In this document: positions 17,203 through 26,816 of the stretch, one piece after another
How the letters are laid out: each line of letters opens with the position of its first letter
Numbering within the stretch: position 1 is the stretch's first letter
Source of the DNA: an uncultured archaeon
Lineage (GTDB): Archaea; Aenigmatarchaeota; Aenigmatarchaeia; QMZP01
Direction of reading: 5' to 3'
Assembly: GCA_964555875.1 (NCBI GenBank)
Contig: CAZKUD010000004.1
Span: 3,580 to 67,579 of the forward strand
Length of the DNA stretch: 64,000 bases
Notes under the pieces: generated by a model
Databases searched by the model: none
What the model was told of the DNA's origin: nothing
The model's input: the letters and a program-made list of their open reading frames with translations, nothing else
Position numbers and translations under genes: made by a program

Positions 17203-18903
17203 CTATTTGTCCCCCTTTCCCTTTTGTATCTTATAGAGGGCCCTTATCCTGTCCAGGCTGTCAGCCTGCTGGGGGCCCTTGTCCTTCCTGAGCCTGACGA
17301 ACCTAGGGAACCTAAGCGCCCAGCCGCTCGAGTAGGTGGGGCTCTTCTGTATCTCCTCGTATGCCACCTCCACCACCACCTTGGGCCTTATGGCGACCTG
17401 GTTTCCCTTCTCGCTCTCTACCAGGGGCTTCAGTATTTCTGTCAGCCGCTTAAGGGTGACCCCCCCTTCTGTCTCCTTCTCCTTGAGGCCTGTCCCCAGC
17501 ATGCCGCACTCCAGGAACTTGCCTGTCCCGGGCTCCCTGCATCCGAGCACGAACGAGCCCAGCCAGCCTGTCCTCTTTCCCGTGCCCCAGGCGGCCCCTA
17601 TAATGACTAGGTCCAGGTTCTCCATGACAGGCTTGACCTTCAGCCAGCCGCCTGCTACCCTCCTTCCAGGGACGTACAAGGCGTCCAGGTTCTTCACTAT
17701 CAGGCCCTCCTGGCCCGAATCCAGGGCCGACTTGTAGAACTTCTCTGCCTTCTCCAGGTCCTTTGTCCTGAGCTGCTTGGCGAACTGGAACCTGCCCTCT
17801 ATCGGCCTGACTATCCTCTTGAGCTCCTCCAGCCTCTTCTCCAGCGGGGCGTCGAACAGGCTCTTGCCCTCCACATAGACCGCATCGAACAGGTTCATCT
17901 GGACAGGTATCTCCTTTGCCGCCTTATCGACCCCGTGCTTCCTCTTTATCCTGGTGGACAGCATCTGGAACGGCATCGGCCTCTTCGTCTTCGGGTCTAT
18001 GGCCAGCAATTCCCCCTCTATTATCGCGTCCTTCGCCCTTATGCCCCTCTTGGCCAGGTCCACCAGGTCAGGGAACGCCTTCGTGACGTTCTCAAGCCTT
18101 CTTGTGAATATGGATATCTTGTCGCCCTTCTTGTGTATCTGGGCCCGCATGCCATCGTATTTGTACTCCATTGCCGCGTGCTCGTAGGCCCCCAGGGCAG
18201 ACTTCAGGTCTGGCGCCTTCTCTGCCAGGAGCACTATTATGGGCCTGCCTATCTCCATCCTGAGCCTCTTCAGTCCTTTCTCCCCCTTCTCCTTGGCTAT
18301 CCTGGCTATCTCGCTGTAGTCAGGGTACAGGTTCCAGCCTGACTCCACTGCCTTCACGTCTATTCCAAAGGCGTCTGATATGGCGTCACGCACTATGCCC
18401 TCTGCCACGCCTATCCTGAGTTCCTCCAGGACTGTCCTTACTATGTACCTGGCCTCCTTCGGGCCTGCGTGCGCAAGCAGCTCCACGATGAGGTTCATCT
18501 TCCTGTCCTGGCTGCCTGACTCTGCCTGCCTGGCTATGGCCTGCAGGTTCTTGAACACGAAATCGACAGTGAGCTCCTTCTTCATGAGGGTCCTCTGCCT
18601 CTTCTTGCCCTTCAGCCATTCGGCTGTCTTTCCCAGGTCGCCCATCTCATTGAACTTCCTGGCGACATCAGAAGGCTTCATGCCTATCGATTTCGATATC
18701 GCCCTTATCATGAGCTGGTTGGCCACCCCCATCTTGTCGTCTGACCAGTTAGGGAAGGGCCTTCCCATGACGAGCAGCACCAGTTGCGGCAGCTGGCCTG
18801 TAGGGGCTGATTTCAGGAGCTTGGATATGATGTCCCTCTTGGCCAGCTTGGCGCTGGTCTTCTCCAGCTCCTCATAGATGTCGGCCAGCCTTGAATACAG
18901 CAT
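17203..18903 (-). CDS. lig: ATP-dependent DNA ligase
   Basis: Adenylation motif KYDGMRAQIH (KxDG), OB-fold region. 566 aa. Confidence 0.9.
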   Translation of the reverse strand: MLYSRLADIYEELEKTSAKLAKRDIISKLLKSAPTGQLPQLVLLVMGRPFPNWSDDKMGVANQLMIRAISKSIGMKPSDVARKFNEMGDLGKTAEWLKGKKRQRTLMKKELTVDFVFKNLQAIARQAESGSQDRKMNLIVELLAHAGPKEARYIVRTVLEELRIGVAEGIVRDAISDAFGIDVKAVESGWNLYPDYSEIARIAKEKGEKGLKRLRMEIGRPIIVLLAEKAPDLKSALGAYEHAAMEYKYDGMRAQIHKKGDKISIFTRRLENVTKAFPDLVDLAKRGIRAKDAIIEGELLAIDPKTKRPMPFQMLSTRIKRKHGVDKAAKEIPVQMNLFDAVYVEGKSLFDAPLEKRLEELKRIVRPIEGRFQFAKQLRTKDLEKAEKFYKSALDSGQEGLIVKNLDALYVPGRRVAGGWLKVKPVMENLDLVIIGAAWGTGKRTGWLGSFVLGCREPGTGKFLECGMLGTGLKEKETEGGVTLKRLTEILKPLVESEKGNQVAIRPKVVVEVAYEEIQKSPTYSSGWALRFPRFVRLRKDKGPQQADSLDRIRALYKIQKGKGDK

Positions 18904-19071
18904 ATTATTATATTGTGGGGCCCGGCTATAACAGCTTTTACGGCCTGGCTATCTGGTCAGCCCCTTTAGAAGCATTTAAAACTACCGCATAGTAACAAAA
19001 GCTTTATAAAGCTTTCGGCCAAATAATGAAGTATAATTTACCACTGAGGGGCGATAAGCATTTATACCCCA

Positions 19072-19893
19072 TTGGTAAATAATAATGGAAAGTGTGATAA
19101 TATGGTAGCAACAACTCACGTGCTGGACACGCTGAAAAGCATTGGTCTGAACCTCTATGAGAGGAAGATATTCGTAGCCCTGCTCGCAAAAGGCGTAGCA
19201 ACAGCAGCTGAGGTTTCAGAGATTGCGACCGTCCCCAGGTCAAGGAGCTATGACGTCCTGCAGTCGCTTGCTGAGAAAGGCTTCGTGCTGGTGCAGCCTT
19301 CAAAGCCAATAAAGTATGTGGCCCTGGCGCCCAAGGATGCGCTGGAGAGGACCAAGCAGATTCTCAGGAAGAATTATGACGAGGCAAAGGAGAGGATAGA
19401 AGGCCTTTCCAACTCGCCCATCCTGGGCGAACTCGAGGCCATACACAAGAAGGGCCTCAACATGGTGTCCCCGAACGAGATGACAGGCACCCTGAAGGGG
19501 AGGCACATAATCAACAGGCAGCTCAAGTCCATATTCAAGGAGGCCAGGGACAGCATAAGCATCTGCACCACAGGGACGGGCCTTAACGACCTTTATTCTA
19601 ACCATTTCAGGGTTCTCAAGAAGATATCCAAGAGCGGCGTGAAGCTGAAGATAGCGGCCCCGCTTTCCGACAACGGGGCAGTGAAGGCCTTCAGGGAGAT
19701 AGCCGACATAAAGAACCTGAAGAGGAACGCTGGCAGGTTCTGCGTCATAGACCGGAACCATGTGCTGGTCGCCCTGACCGACGACTCAAAGGTCCACGAC
19801 ACACAGGATGTCGCCTTCTGGGCGAACTCAGAGCACGCTGCCGGTGACCTCATGTCACCCTACTTCGACTTCCTCTGGAAGGGAGCCAAGTAA
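19072..19893 (+). CDS. TrmB-family transcriptional regulator
   Basis: N-terminal wHTH LGLNLYERKIFVALLAKGVATAAEVSEIATVPRSRSYDVLQSLAEKGFV plus C-terminal effector domain. Confidence 0.75.
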   Translation: MVNNNGKCDNMVATTHVLDTLKSIGLNLYERKIFVALLAKGVATAAEVSEIATVPRSRSYDVLQSLAEKGFVLVQPSKPIKYVALAPKDALERTKQILRKNYDEAKERIEGLSNSPILGELEAIHKKGLNMVSPNEMTGTLKGRHIINRQLKSIFKEARDSISICTTGTGLNDLYSNHFRVLKKISKSGVKLKIAAPLSDNGAVKAFREIADIKNLKRNAGRFCVIDRNHVLVALTDDSKVHDTQDVAFWANSEHAAGDLMSPYFDFLWKGAK

Positions 19894-19932
19894 TTATAAC
19901 CTGATTCTTACAATAGCTTATTGGTGTTAGGC

Positions 19933-20544
19933 ATGCGTCTCATCATAGTAAGGCACGGCCAGACCGAATACAACGTCAAGAATATCGTACAGGGCCAGTC
20001 CGGCAACCCCCTGGACGAGACCGGCAGGGAGCAGGCCAGGAAGGCTGGGGAGCGGCTATCGGCAGAGAAGATAGACGTCGCCTACTCCAGCGACCTGAAC
20101 AGGGCCAGGATGACCTGCGAGGCCATAATGAAGCACCACCCGGGCATCCCTGTGCACTATGTGAAGGAGCTGAGGGAGATGGACATGGGCACGTTCGTGG
20201 ACGGACCCAAGGAGGCCTACAATCAGCACAAGAGGAAGTCAGGCCTCAGCAAGCTCGAATACAGGCCCCCGGGAGGAGAGAGCCACCGTGACATGAGGGA
20301 GCGTGTGATACCCTTCCTGGAAGGCATAAAGGAGGGGCACAGGGGCCAGACGGTCCTGATAGTGACCCATGGGGGAATCAAGCGCATACTGATGGGGGAG
20401 CTGATGGGCAAGACCGTGGAGGAATATTTCAAAGAGAAGTGGGGCAACACGTCTGTCAGCATAGTCAATGTCACAGGGAAGGGCCATGAGGTGATGGTCT
20501 ACAACTGCACCAAGCACCTGTCAGAGAAGCCGGGGCAGATGTGA
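19933..20544 (+). CDS. Histidine phosphatase family protein (phosphoglycerate mutase-like). The ORF track starts at TTG 19921.
   Basis: RHGQTEYN catalytic motif, second His in THGG. Confidence 0.8.
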   Translation: MRLIIVRHGQTEYNVKNIVQGQSGNPLDETGREQARKAGERLSAEKIDVAYSSDLNRARMTCEAIMKHHPGIPVHYVKELREMDMGTFVDGPKEAYNQHKRKSGLSKLEYRPPGGESHRDMRERVIPFLEGIKEGHRGQTVLIVTHGGIKRILMGELMGKTVEEYFKEKWGNTSVSIVNVTGKGHEVMVYNCTKHLSEKPGQM

Positions 20545-21423
20545 TCAGTACATGAAGCGGAATCCGGATTTCTCGAGTTCCGCGAACTCCTTCCACTTGC
20601 CGTCTATCTGTTCTTGCATCTTCTTGAGTGTGGCTTCGTTCACGTGCTTGAACCTGCCCTGTAGCCTGAGGTAGCTTTCTACCGGCTTCCTGGGCTCCGC
20701 CCTCTTGGTTATCCTGAACTTGCCGTCCTCTATCTCATAGAGGGCCCACATGCCTGTCTCGACGGCCAGCTTGCCGACGTCCACTGTCTTCTCTGTCCCG
20801 AACTTCCAGCCCGTCGGGCAGGGGCAGTGTATGTGCAGGAACGAGGGCTGCTTATCAAAGGCCTTCCTGACCTTGGCCATCAGGTCAGAGGGGTAGGCTA
20901 TCGAAGCTGAAGCGGCATAAGGTATCCTGTGGGCGGCCACTATCTCCAGGAGCTGCTTCTTGTACTGCTCCTTTCCCACCGTGGTCTTTCCCGGAGGGCT
21001 CGTGGTGGTCCAGGCCCCATACGGGGTCGCGCCTGACCTCTGGACGCCCGTGTTGGCATAGCATTCGTTGTCGACGCAGACCTGGGTGACCTTGTGGCCC
21101 CTCTCGAGCATGCCTGACAATGCCTGCAGGCCTATGTCGAACGTCCCTCCGTCGCCCGCTATCGCCAGGACCTTCCAGTCCTTGCCCATCTTCTTTATGG
21201 CTGCCTCTATCCCGCTGGCCACTGCCGAAACGCACTCGAATGCCGTGTGTATCCAGGGCACCTTCCAGGCCGTAAGGGGATAGACTGAAGTCGTGACCTC
21301 CAGGCAGGAGGTGGCTGTGGTCACTATCACCTTCTCAGGCGCCGCCCTGCCTATCAGGTTCATAGCGATGCCTATGCCGCATCCTGCGCACAGGGAGTGC
21401 CCGGACTCGATGAGCTGTGCCAT
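20545..21423 (-). CDS. porB: 2-oxoacid:ferredoxin oxidoreductase beta subunit (PorB/KorB-like, TPP-binding), apparently solitary
   Basis: N-terminal CAGCG, TPP motif GDGG, CPxP cluster. No alpha/gamma/delta genes in the window. Confidence 0.8.
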   Translation of the reverse strand: MAQLIESGHSLCAGCGIGIAMNLIGRAAPEKVIVTTATSCLEVTTSVYPLTAWKVPWIHTAFECVSAVASGIEAAIKKMGKDWKVLAIAGDGGTFDIGLQALSGMLERGHKVTQVCVDNECYANTGVQRSGATPYGAWTTTSPPGKTTVGKEQYKKQLLEIVAAHRIPYAASASIAYPSDLMAKVRKAFDKQPSFLHIHCPCPTGWKFGTEKTVDVGKLAVETGMWALYEIEDGKFRITKRAEPRKPVESYLRLQGRFKHVNEATLKKMQEQIDGKWKEFAELEKSGFRFMY

Positions 21424-21528
21424 AACCCTATTTACCGGCCTCCTTTTATAAGCTTATTTCAGGGGGCTCTGGCTATTGCCGAGCCTGACGGCTGGGGAGT
21501 GAAAAATAAGAACTAGTTTCTTTGGTAC

Positions 21529-21573
21529 AGTAGCTTTCTTGCAGAAGCGGCAGCTCTCGTAAAGAAAGCTACT
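21529..21573 (-). ncRNA. Conserved 3'-end hairpin element, copy A (12-bp stem, 21-nt loop GCAGAAGCGGCAGCTCTCGTA on + strand)
   Basis: Perfect inverted repeat AGTAGCTTTCTT/AAGAAAGCTACT. Abuts the stop codon of the 21573..21821(-) gene. Loop shares AGAAGCG-NN-AGCTCT with copies B and C while the stems differ (compensatory). A T-tract follows on the minus strand. Confidence 0.45.
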
Positions 21574-21821
21574 CACTTCTTCTTCTCTTTCTTGAGCTCC
21601 TTCTGGGCCCTGAGCTCGTCCATCTCGAGCCAGACAACGAACAGGCCGACGATTATCAGGAAGATGGGTATGACGCCGGTGAGAACCACTATGAAGTTCT
21701 TCAGCCAGTCGATGCCGAAGGTGCCCAGCACTCCCATGATTGGGATGACCGAATCAACGAAGAGCCCCAAGCCGATTATTATCAGTATGAGCCCGATTAT
21801 TATCTTCAGCGCTGGATGCAT
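21573..21821 (-). CDS. Small membrane protein with Lys-rich C-terminus (82 aa)
   Basis: Two or three predicted TM helices. Confidence 0.5.
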   Translation of the reverse strand: MHPALKIIIGLILIIIGLGLFVDSVIPIMGVLGTFGIDWLKNFIVVLTGVIPIFLIIVGLFVVWLEMDELRAQKELKKEKKK

Positions 21822-21929
21822 TTTACCCTCCTATCTATAAACTCTTCTTGGTGATTGTATTTAAAAGTTTTCTGGCTTAAAACACTTATTTAAGCAGGAT
21901 TCACAATAATTAGCTATTGGGTGAGGCGC

Positions 21930-22499
21930 ATGGTATACAAGCATATGGCAAGGCTCTGGAAGAGGCCAAAGGAAAGCGTTCCCCAGACCTGGAAGCAGAG
22001 GCTGATAGACTGGAGGAAGGAAGGCACGGTCACAAGGATAGAGAGGCCCACCAGGATAGACAGGGCCAGGAGGCTCGGCTACAAGGCAAAGCAGGGCTTC
22101 GTGATGGTAAGGGTGAAGATGCCCAAGGGGCTCAGGAAGAGGCCCAAGCCTTCCGGCGGCAGGAGGCCCAAGAGGGCAGGAAGGTACTTTTCCCTCGGGA
22201 AGTCCAAGAGATGGACGGCAGAGGAGAAGGCAGCCAGGAAGTTCGCCAACCTGGAGGTGCTCAATTCCTATTACGTCGGTGAGGACGGGTCCCAGCAGTG
22301 GTACGAGGTCATAATGGTCGACCCGAAGAACCCCTCTATAATAAAGGACAAGGACATAAGCTGGATAAGCGAGCACAGGGGCCGGGCATCAAGGGGCCTG
22401 ACCTCGGCAGGCAAGAAGGGAAGGGGACTGACGAAGAAGGGCATCGGAGCAGAGAAGGTCAGGCCTTCCCTGAAGGCGAAGAAGGGAAGGGGCAAGTGA
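21930..22499 (+). CDS. rpl15e: 50S ribosomal protein L15e
   Basis: WKRPKE...[21 protein letters not shown]...[13 protein letters not shown] signature. The ORF track begins at an upstream GTG. Confidence 0.9.
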   Translation: MVYKHMARLWKRPKESVPQTWKQRLIDWRKEGTVTRIERPTRIDRARRLGYKAKQGFVMVRVKMPKGLRKRPKPSGGRRPKRAGRYFSLGKSKRWTAEEKAARKFANLEVLNSYYVGEDGSQQWYEVIMVDPKNPSIIKDKDISWISEHRGRASRGLTSAGKKGRGLTKKGIGAEKVRPSLKAKKGRGK

Positions 22500-22566
22500 G
22501 CGAAAGCAATCAGAGGGTAACGCCCCGGCTCTCAGCTTTATAAATGTGTTGCAACTAATTATATTC

Positions 22567-23097
22567 ATGGTGTTTGAAACCATTATCCAGAACATGCAGA
22601 CAATGGGCTTTTTCCAGTATCTGTTCCCATTCCTGCTTGCGCTGGCGATACTTTACGGCGTCATGACTGTCGCCCTGAAGGACAAGATGCCGAAGAACGC
22701 GATTGCTCTGATATCGCTGATACTCTCGTTCTTCGTGATGCTGTTCGTCAGCTCAAACCCTGGAATAGTAACATTCCTGATGAACATCTCTGGCTACTGG
22801 CTGGTGATAGGATCCGGAATACTGTTCCTTCTGGTTCTGCTGGGAATGTTCGGAATTAAAGCAGAGAAACTGATGGAAGGGGACTGGAGCAAGTGGATCC
22901 TGATACTTGTCATCGTTGCGATCGCGCTGGTGATCTTCTTCGGTGCAGGCGGGGAGGCCCTAGTCGGAGTGCCCTCAGGAGTATTCAGTTCTGAGCTGTG
23001 GACGATAGTGTTCTTTATCGTCATACTGGCTCTCGTGATGTTCGTGATGGGCAAAGAAGGCGGCTCTGGCGGAGGCGAGAAGCCGAAGCCAGCCTAA
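22567..23097 (+). CDS. Polytopic membrane protein, hypothetical (ORF track starts at GTG 22546; the ATG at 22567 sits about 27 nt after the TATA box at 22537, suggesting a leaderless mRNA)
   Basis: Five or six hydrophobic helices, Gly/Ser-rich C-terminus. Confidence 0.55.
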   Translation: MVFETIIQNMQTMGFFQYLFPFLLALAILYGVMTVALKDKMPKNAIALISLILSFFVMLFVSSNPGIVTFLMNISGYWLVIGSGILFLLVLLGMFGIKAEKLMEGDWSKWILILVIVAIALVIFFGAGGEALVGVPSGVFSSELWTIVFFIVILALVMFVMGKEGGSGGGEKPKPA

Positions 23098-23103
23098 AGC
23101 CGG

Positions 23104-23125
23104 TTTTTGCTTTTTCTTTTGTTTT
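23104..23125 (+). terminator. Oligo-T archaeal terminator (TTTTTGCTTTTTCTTTTGTTTTC)
   Basis: T-tracts immediately after the 22567..23097 stop. Confidence 0.45.
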
Positions 23126-23170
23126 CACCCTTTAGCCTCACGGCTGTCCAGGGAATCTTCCAGAAAGGGA

Positions 23171-24040
23171 TCAGGCCTGCTTCTCTTTCATCGTCTTGAT
23201 GGTCTCTGACAGGGACCTGAGGGACTGCATCATGGGGGTGAGGCTGTCCTTTATGGCGCGCTCCATCGCCTCTGTCCTCTCGCTGAGCTCCCCTATCGAT
23301 GACTTGTAGGATTCCATGCCGGCCTTTATCTCCTCTACGCCTGCCGAGCCTCCGCCCCTGCCTGCGCCTGGCTCCATGCCGGCCATCCTGGAGCTTATGG
23401 AATCGACCCTCTTTGACAGCTCAGCCAGCTGGGCCTCTATCGTCCTTATCCTTTCTTCCACTATGCTCTCCGCTATCTCTTCCATCTCTCCCCTTCCCAC
23501 ATGGCTCGCCTTCCTTCCGGGGGGAGGGGGCAGCGGCTCCATCTCCTCATCAAAGTCCTCGTCCTCTGGCGGCAGGGCGGAAGGCCTTCTGCCGGCAGGG
23601 GCCGGCGGCTGGGGCGCGCCTTCAGGCGGCCTCCATCCCCTCGAGGGGGGCTCCGGCTCTTCCCCCAAGACATCATCTCCCTCAGGAGGCGCGAACCTTC
23701 CCGGAGGGAACTCTGCCATCTCGAGCGAGCCCGGCCCAGGTGGCGGCTCCATCTCCTGCCCGGCCGGGGGCCTGGGCGCAGGCGCCCTTGGCGCCGGCTC
23801 CCTCTGGGGCTGCCTGGCGGGCGCTATGTCCGGGACTGCAGGGGTTCCTGTGACCGATTCCTTAAGCACGCCCTTCATGGCCTGGTCGACATCCTTCGGG
23901 CCGTAACCCTCTGCCCTGAGCGACCTCAGTATCTCGACCTCTGAAAGGCCCTGGGCAGAAAGCTCCCTAACCCTGTCCCCTGCTCCCGGCCTGCCTGGCG
24001 TGGACTTGGGCTTTTTCTTAAAAAGTGACAGACTTACCAT
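23171..24040 (-). CDS. Pro-rich low-complexity protein with C-terminal coiled coil
   Basis: PxxP-rich middle, heptad-rich C-terminus. Confidence 0.45.
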   Translation of the reverse strand: MVSLSLFKKKPKSTPGRPGAGDRVRELSAQGLSEVEILRSLRAEGYGPKDVDQAMKGVLKESVTGTPAVPDIAPARQPQREPAPRAPAPRPPAGQEMEPPPGPGSLEMAEFPPGRFAPPEGDDVLGEEPEPPSRGWRPPEGAPQPPAPAGRRPSALPPEDEDFDEEMEPLPPPPGRKASHVGRGEMEEIAESIVEERIRTIEAQLAELSKRVDSISSRMAGMEPGAGRGGGSAGVEEIKAGMESYKSSIGELSERTEAMERAIKDSLTPMMQSLRSLSETIKTMKEKQA

Positions 24041-24082
24041 ACCTCTCCTAATAGAATATTTTGTATTCCTTTCTTATTAATG

Positions 24083-24505
24083 TTATTCGTTGATGCCCTT
24101 CTTCGACCAGTAGCCCTTGAGCCTCTTGTCAAGCATCCTCTCCACTTCCTCCTTCGTCATGAACTGGGACTTCAGGGGGCTGTATATCTCCAGGAGCGTC
24201 TCGAGCTCCTTTATCTTTGTCATGCTCACGGACTTCTTGAGCCTGTCCACTATGTCCTTTATGGTCCCCTCTATCTTTATTATCCTCTCGCTCTCGTCTA
24301 TTATACTCTTCTCCAGGACCTCCACCATGTTCTTGACCTGCTTGGTCTGCTCCATCAGGGCCTCCTCCAGCGTGGTTATCCTGGAGGTGGTGACGTCCGC
24401 CTTCTCCTCCAGTATCCTGAGCCTCCTCATGTTGGAGTTCGTGCGCTCCACCAGCTCCGTGAGTATCTCCCTGATGGTGAGTCTTGCTGGCGCTTTTTTC
24501 GGCAT
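24083..24505 (-). CDS. Coiled-coil protein (140 aa)
   Basis: Continuous heptad pattern. Divergent from the ATPase gene. Confidence 0.45.
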   Translation of the reverse strand: MPKKAPARLTIREILTELVERTNSNMRRLRILEEKADVTTSRITTLEEALMEQTKQVKNMVEVLEKSIIDESERIIKIEGTIKDIVDRLKKSVSMTKIKELETLLEIYSPLKSQFMTKEEVERMLDKRLKGYWSKKGINE

Positions 24506-24548
24506 ACCTGTTTTTTATTAAGTCGTCTGGGCATAAATATATACAGGG

Positions 24549-26816
24549 GTGCCTATGGCTGCTTGTACCTGTCCTTATGAATATAATGAAGAACGGATGC
24601 AGATACGCTTCAACTGCATGGGCAGCGTCTACGGGTCTTCCATAGAGGACTTTGCCGAATGCATGTCGCATGCCATGGATGCCATCCTGGAGACCAAGAA
24701 GGTCCAGTCCATTGTTTTTGCCAGGGAGAGGGAATACGAGTACGATGCTGAGCAGGTCGGGATGCTGCTCGAGATAGCGCATGTCATAGAATACGTGATG
24801 AGGGAGAGGCTGGTGTCAAGGGCCCAGAAGATGTTCGTGAGGTGCAAGAAGTGCTACCCGGAGTGGCACGGGACCTTGAACCACATCGTTTTCGACCTGC
24901 TGAGGAAGGACCCGATAGGCGGCTACGTGCAGCTCACCAGGGAGATGAGGAAGCTCAAGTCAATGAAGTCCAGGGACAGGAGATGCCAGCTCTGCATCGG
25001 GAAGTACCTGGACGACGTCCTGGGGGTCGTAAAAGGCAAGCTCGAGGAGACCAGGATGATAAAGGAGGCCAGGCCGCATGTTATGGGCTACCATATCGGA
25101 GACAGGAGCCTCTACAGGCAGATTTTCATGCCCAGCACTAGGCCCAATTTCATGTTCACGCGCTTCATGGTCACCCCGCCTGAGGGAGGCAGGAGCGTCG
25201 ACAGGTACAAGGTCGGGGACGTCCAGATAGAGGTATACAAGCTCCCCCATGAGGCAGAGTACTTCTACCATGTGCTTCCGCCCGAGTTCAGGCTGCCTGA
25301 GGACCAGTATGCGGTGCTGGACGCCGCCAGAAGGTACATGGCGACCCACAGGCCGACGACTGCGGAGTTCATGAAGTCCGAGAGGATAAGGGACATATTC
25401 TTCAACATAGGCCGGGACACCATAAGGGACACGGCAGACTCGATGAAGGTGCACCTGACGTCCAAGCAGGTTGACCAGCTGGCCAACATACTGACCAGGT
25501 ACACGGCAGGGTTTGGCGTGCTGGAGATACTGCTGTCCGACGAGAAGCTCCAGGACATCTACCTGAACTCCCCCATAGAGAGCCAGCCCGTCCTGGTCTT
25601 CCACGGGGACTGGGGGGAGTGCAAGACCAACCTCATACCCACCAGGGAAGACGCCGAGGCCTGGGCGACAAGGCTGAGGATACAGTCAGGCAGGCCCCTG
25701 GACGAGGCCAACCCCGTGCTGGACGTTGACATATCTGTTCCCGGAGGGAAGGCCAGGTTCGCTGTTGTAACCAACAGCCTGTCCCCCGAGGGGCTGGGCT
25801 TCGCGATAAGGAGGCACAGGTACAGGCCCTGGACCCTGCCCCTGTTCATACAGAAGGATTTCCTGAGCCCGCTTTCCGCTGGACTGCTCTCCTTCCTGGT
25901 GGACGGGAACGCCGCCATGCTGGTGGCAGGCGGGAGGTCATCGGGCAAGACGTCGCTGCTCTCAGCATTGATGCTGGAGCTGCTCCCCAAGGTCAGGATA
26001 GTCACCATAGAGGACACCCTGGAATTGCCGGTCGAGCAGATGAGGAAAATGAAGTACAACATAGAGAGCCTCAAGTCCCGTTCCGTCATCACGAGGGTCG
26101 AGACAGAGATGCCTGCCGACGAGGCGCTCAGGACGTCCCTCAGGCTGGGAGATTCCGCCATGATAGTGGGGGAGATACGTAGCGTCGAGGCCAAGGCCCT
26201 CTGGGAGGCCATGAGGATAGGCGCCCTGTCTAACGTGGTGGCAGGCACCATACACGGGGAGAGCCCCTACGGGGTGTATGACAGGGTGGTGAACGACCTG
26301 GGCGTCCCGCCCACCTCCTTCAAGGCGACCGACATAGTCGTGATATGCAAGATGCTGAGGTCTGCCGACGGCCTGAAGAGGTACAGGAGGGTGACGGACA
26401 TAACAGAGGTCAGGAAGAAATGGGAGCATGACCCTGTTAGGGAAGGCGGCTTCATGGACCTCATGCAGTACTCCGGGAAGGAGGACAAGCTGAAGGGGAC
26501 CGATACCCTGGTTAACGGGGAGTCGGAGATACTCAACAGGATCTCGTCCTATGTGAAGGAATGGTCGGGCAACTGGGAGGCTGTCTGGGGGAACATACAG
26601 CTCAGGGCCAAGATAAAGGAGACCATGGCCCGACTTTCAACCGAGCTCAACCGGCCCGACATAGTGGAGGCCGAATGGGTCGTAAGCTCCAACAACAAGT
26701 ACCACCTGTTAGCAGAGAGGCTCAGGCAGGAGATAGGCTATTCTGACCCCAGGAGGGTGTACGAGGAATGGCTGAAGTGGTTCAAGGGGAGCATAAAGAA
26801 GGCGGCTTATGGCTGA
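24549..26816 (+). CDS. FlaI/VirB11/GspE-family secretion-type ATPase with a roughly 300-aa Cys-containing N-terminal extension
   Basis: Walker A GGRSSGKTSLLSAL, VTIEDTLEL, Asp/His boxes IVGEIRSVEA and TIHGESP, FAIRRH. N-terminal CTCPYEY...CKKC...CQLC. 755 aa against about 540 aa for FlaI. Confidence 0.8.
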   Translation: MPMAACTCPYEYNEERMQIRFNCMGSVYGSSIEDFAECMSHAMDAILETKKVQSIVFAREREYEYDAEQVGMLLEIAHVIEYVMRERLVSRAQKMFVRCKKCYPEWHGTLNHIVFDLLRKDPIGGYVQLTREMRKLKSMKSRDRRCQLCIGKYLDDVLGVVKGKLEETRMIKEARPHVMGYHIGDRSLYRQIFMPSTRPNFMFTRFMVTPPEGGRSVDRYKVGDVQIEVYKLPHEAEYFYHVLPPEFRLPEDQYAVLDAARRYMATHRPTTAEFMKSERIRDIFFNIGRDTIRDTADSMKVHLTSKQVDQLANILTRYTAGFGVLEILLSDEKLQDIYLNSPIESQPVLVFHGDWGECKTNLIPTREDAEAWATRLRIQSGRPLDEANPVLDVDISVPGGKARFAVVTNSLSPEGLGFAIRRHRYRPWTLPLFIQKDFLSPLSAGLLSFLVDGNAAMLVAGGRSSGKTSLLSALMLELLPKVRIVTIEDTLELPVEQMRKMKYNIESLKSRSVITRVETEMPADEALRTSLRLGDSAMIVGEIRSVEAKALWEAMRIGALSNVVAGTIHGESPYGVYDRVVNDLGVPPTSFKATDIVVICKMLRSADGLKRYRRVTDITEVRKKWEHDPVREGGFMDLMQYSGKEDKLKGTDTLVNGESEILNRISSYVKEWSGNWEAVWGNIQLRAKIKETMARLSTELNRPDIVEAEWVVSSNNKYHLLAERLRQEIGYSDPRRVYEEWLKWFKGSIKKAAYG

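Noticed and set aside
21424-21528. GC-rich palindromic stretch GGGGGCTCTGGCTATTGCCGAGCCTGACGGCTGGGG upstream of hairpin A as another structured element
   Set aside because: The pairing is imperfect and there is no second copy to support conservation.
24083-24505. 140-aa coiled-coil protein as prefoldin beta
   Set aside because: It lacks the central beta-hairpin between two helices, and its context (divergent from a secretion-type ATPase) argues otherwise.
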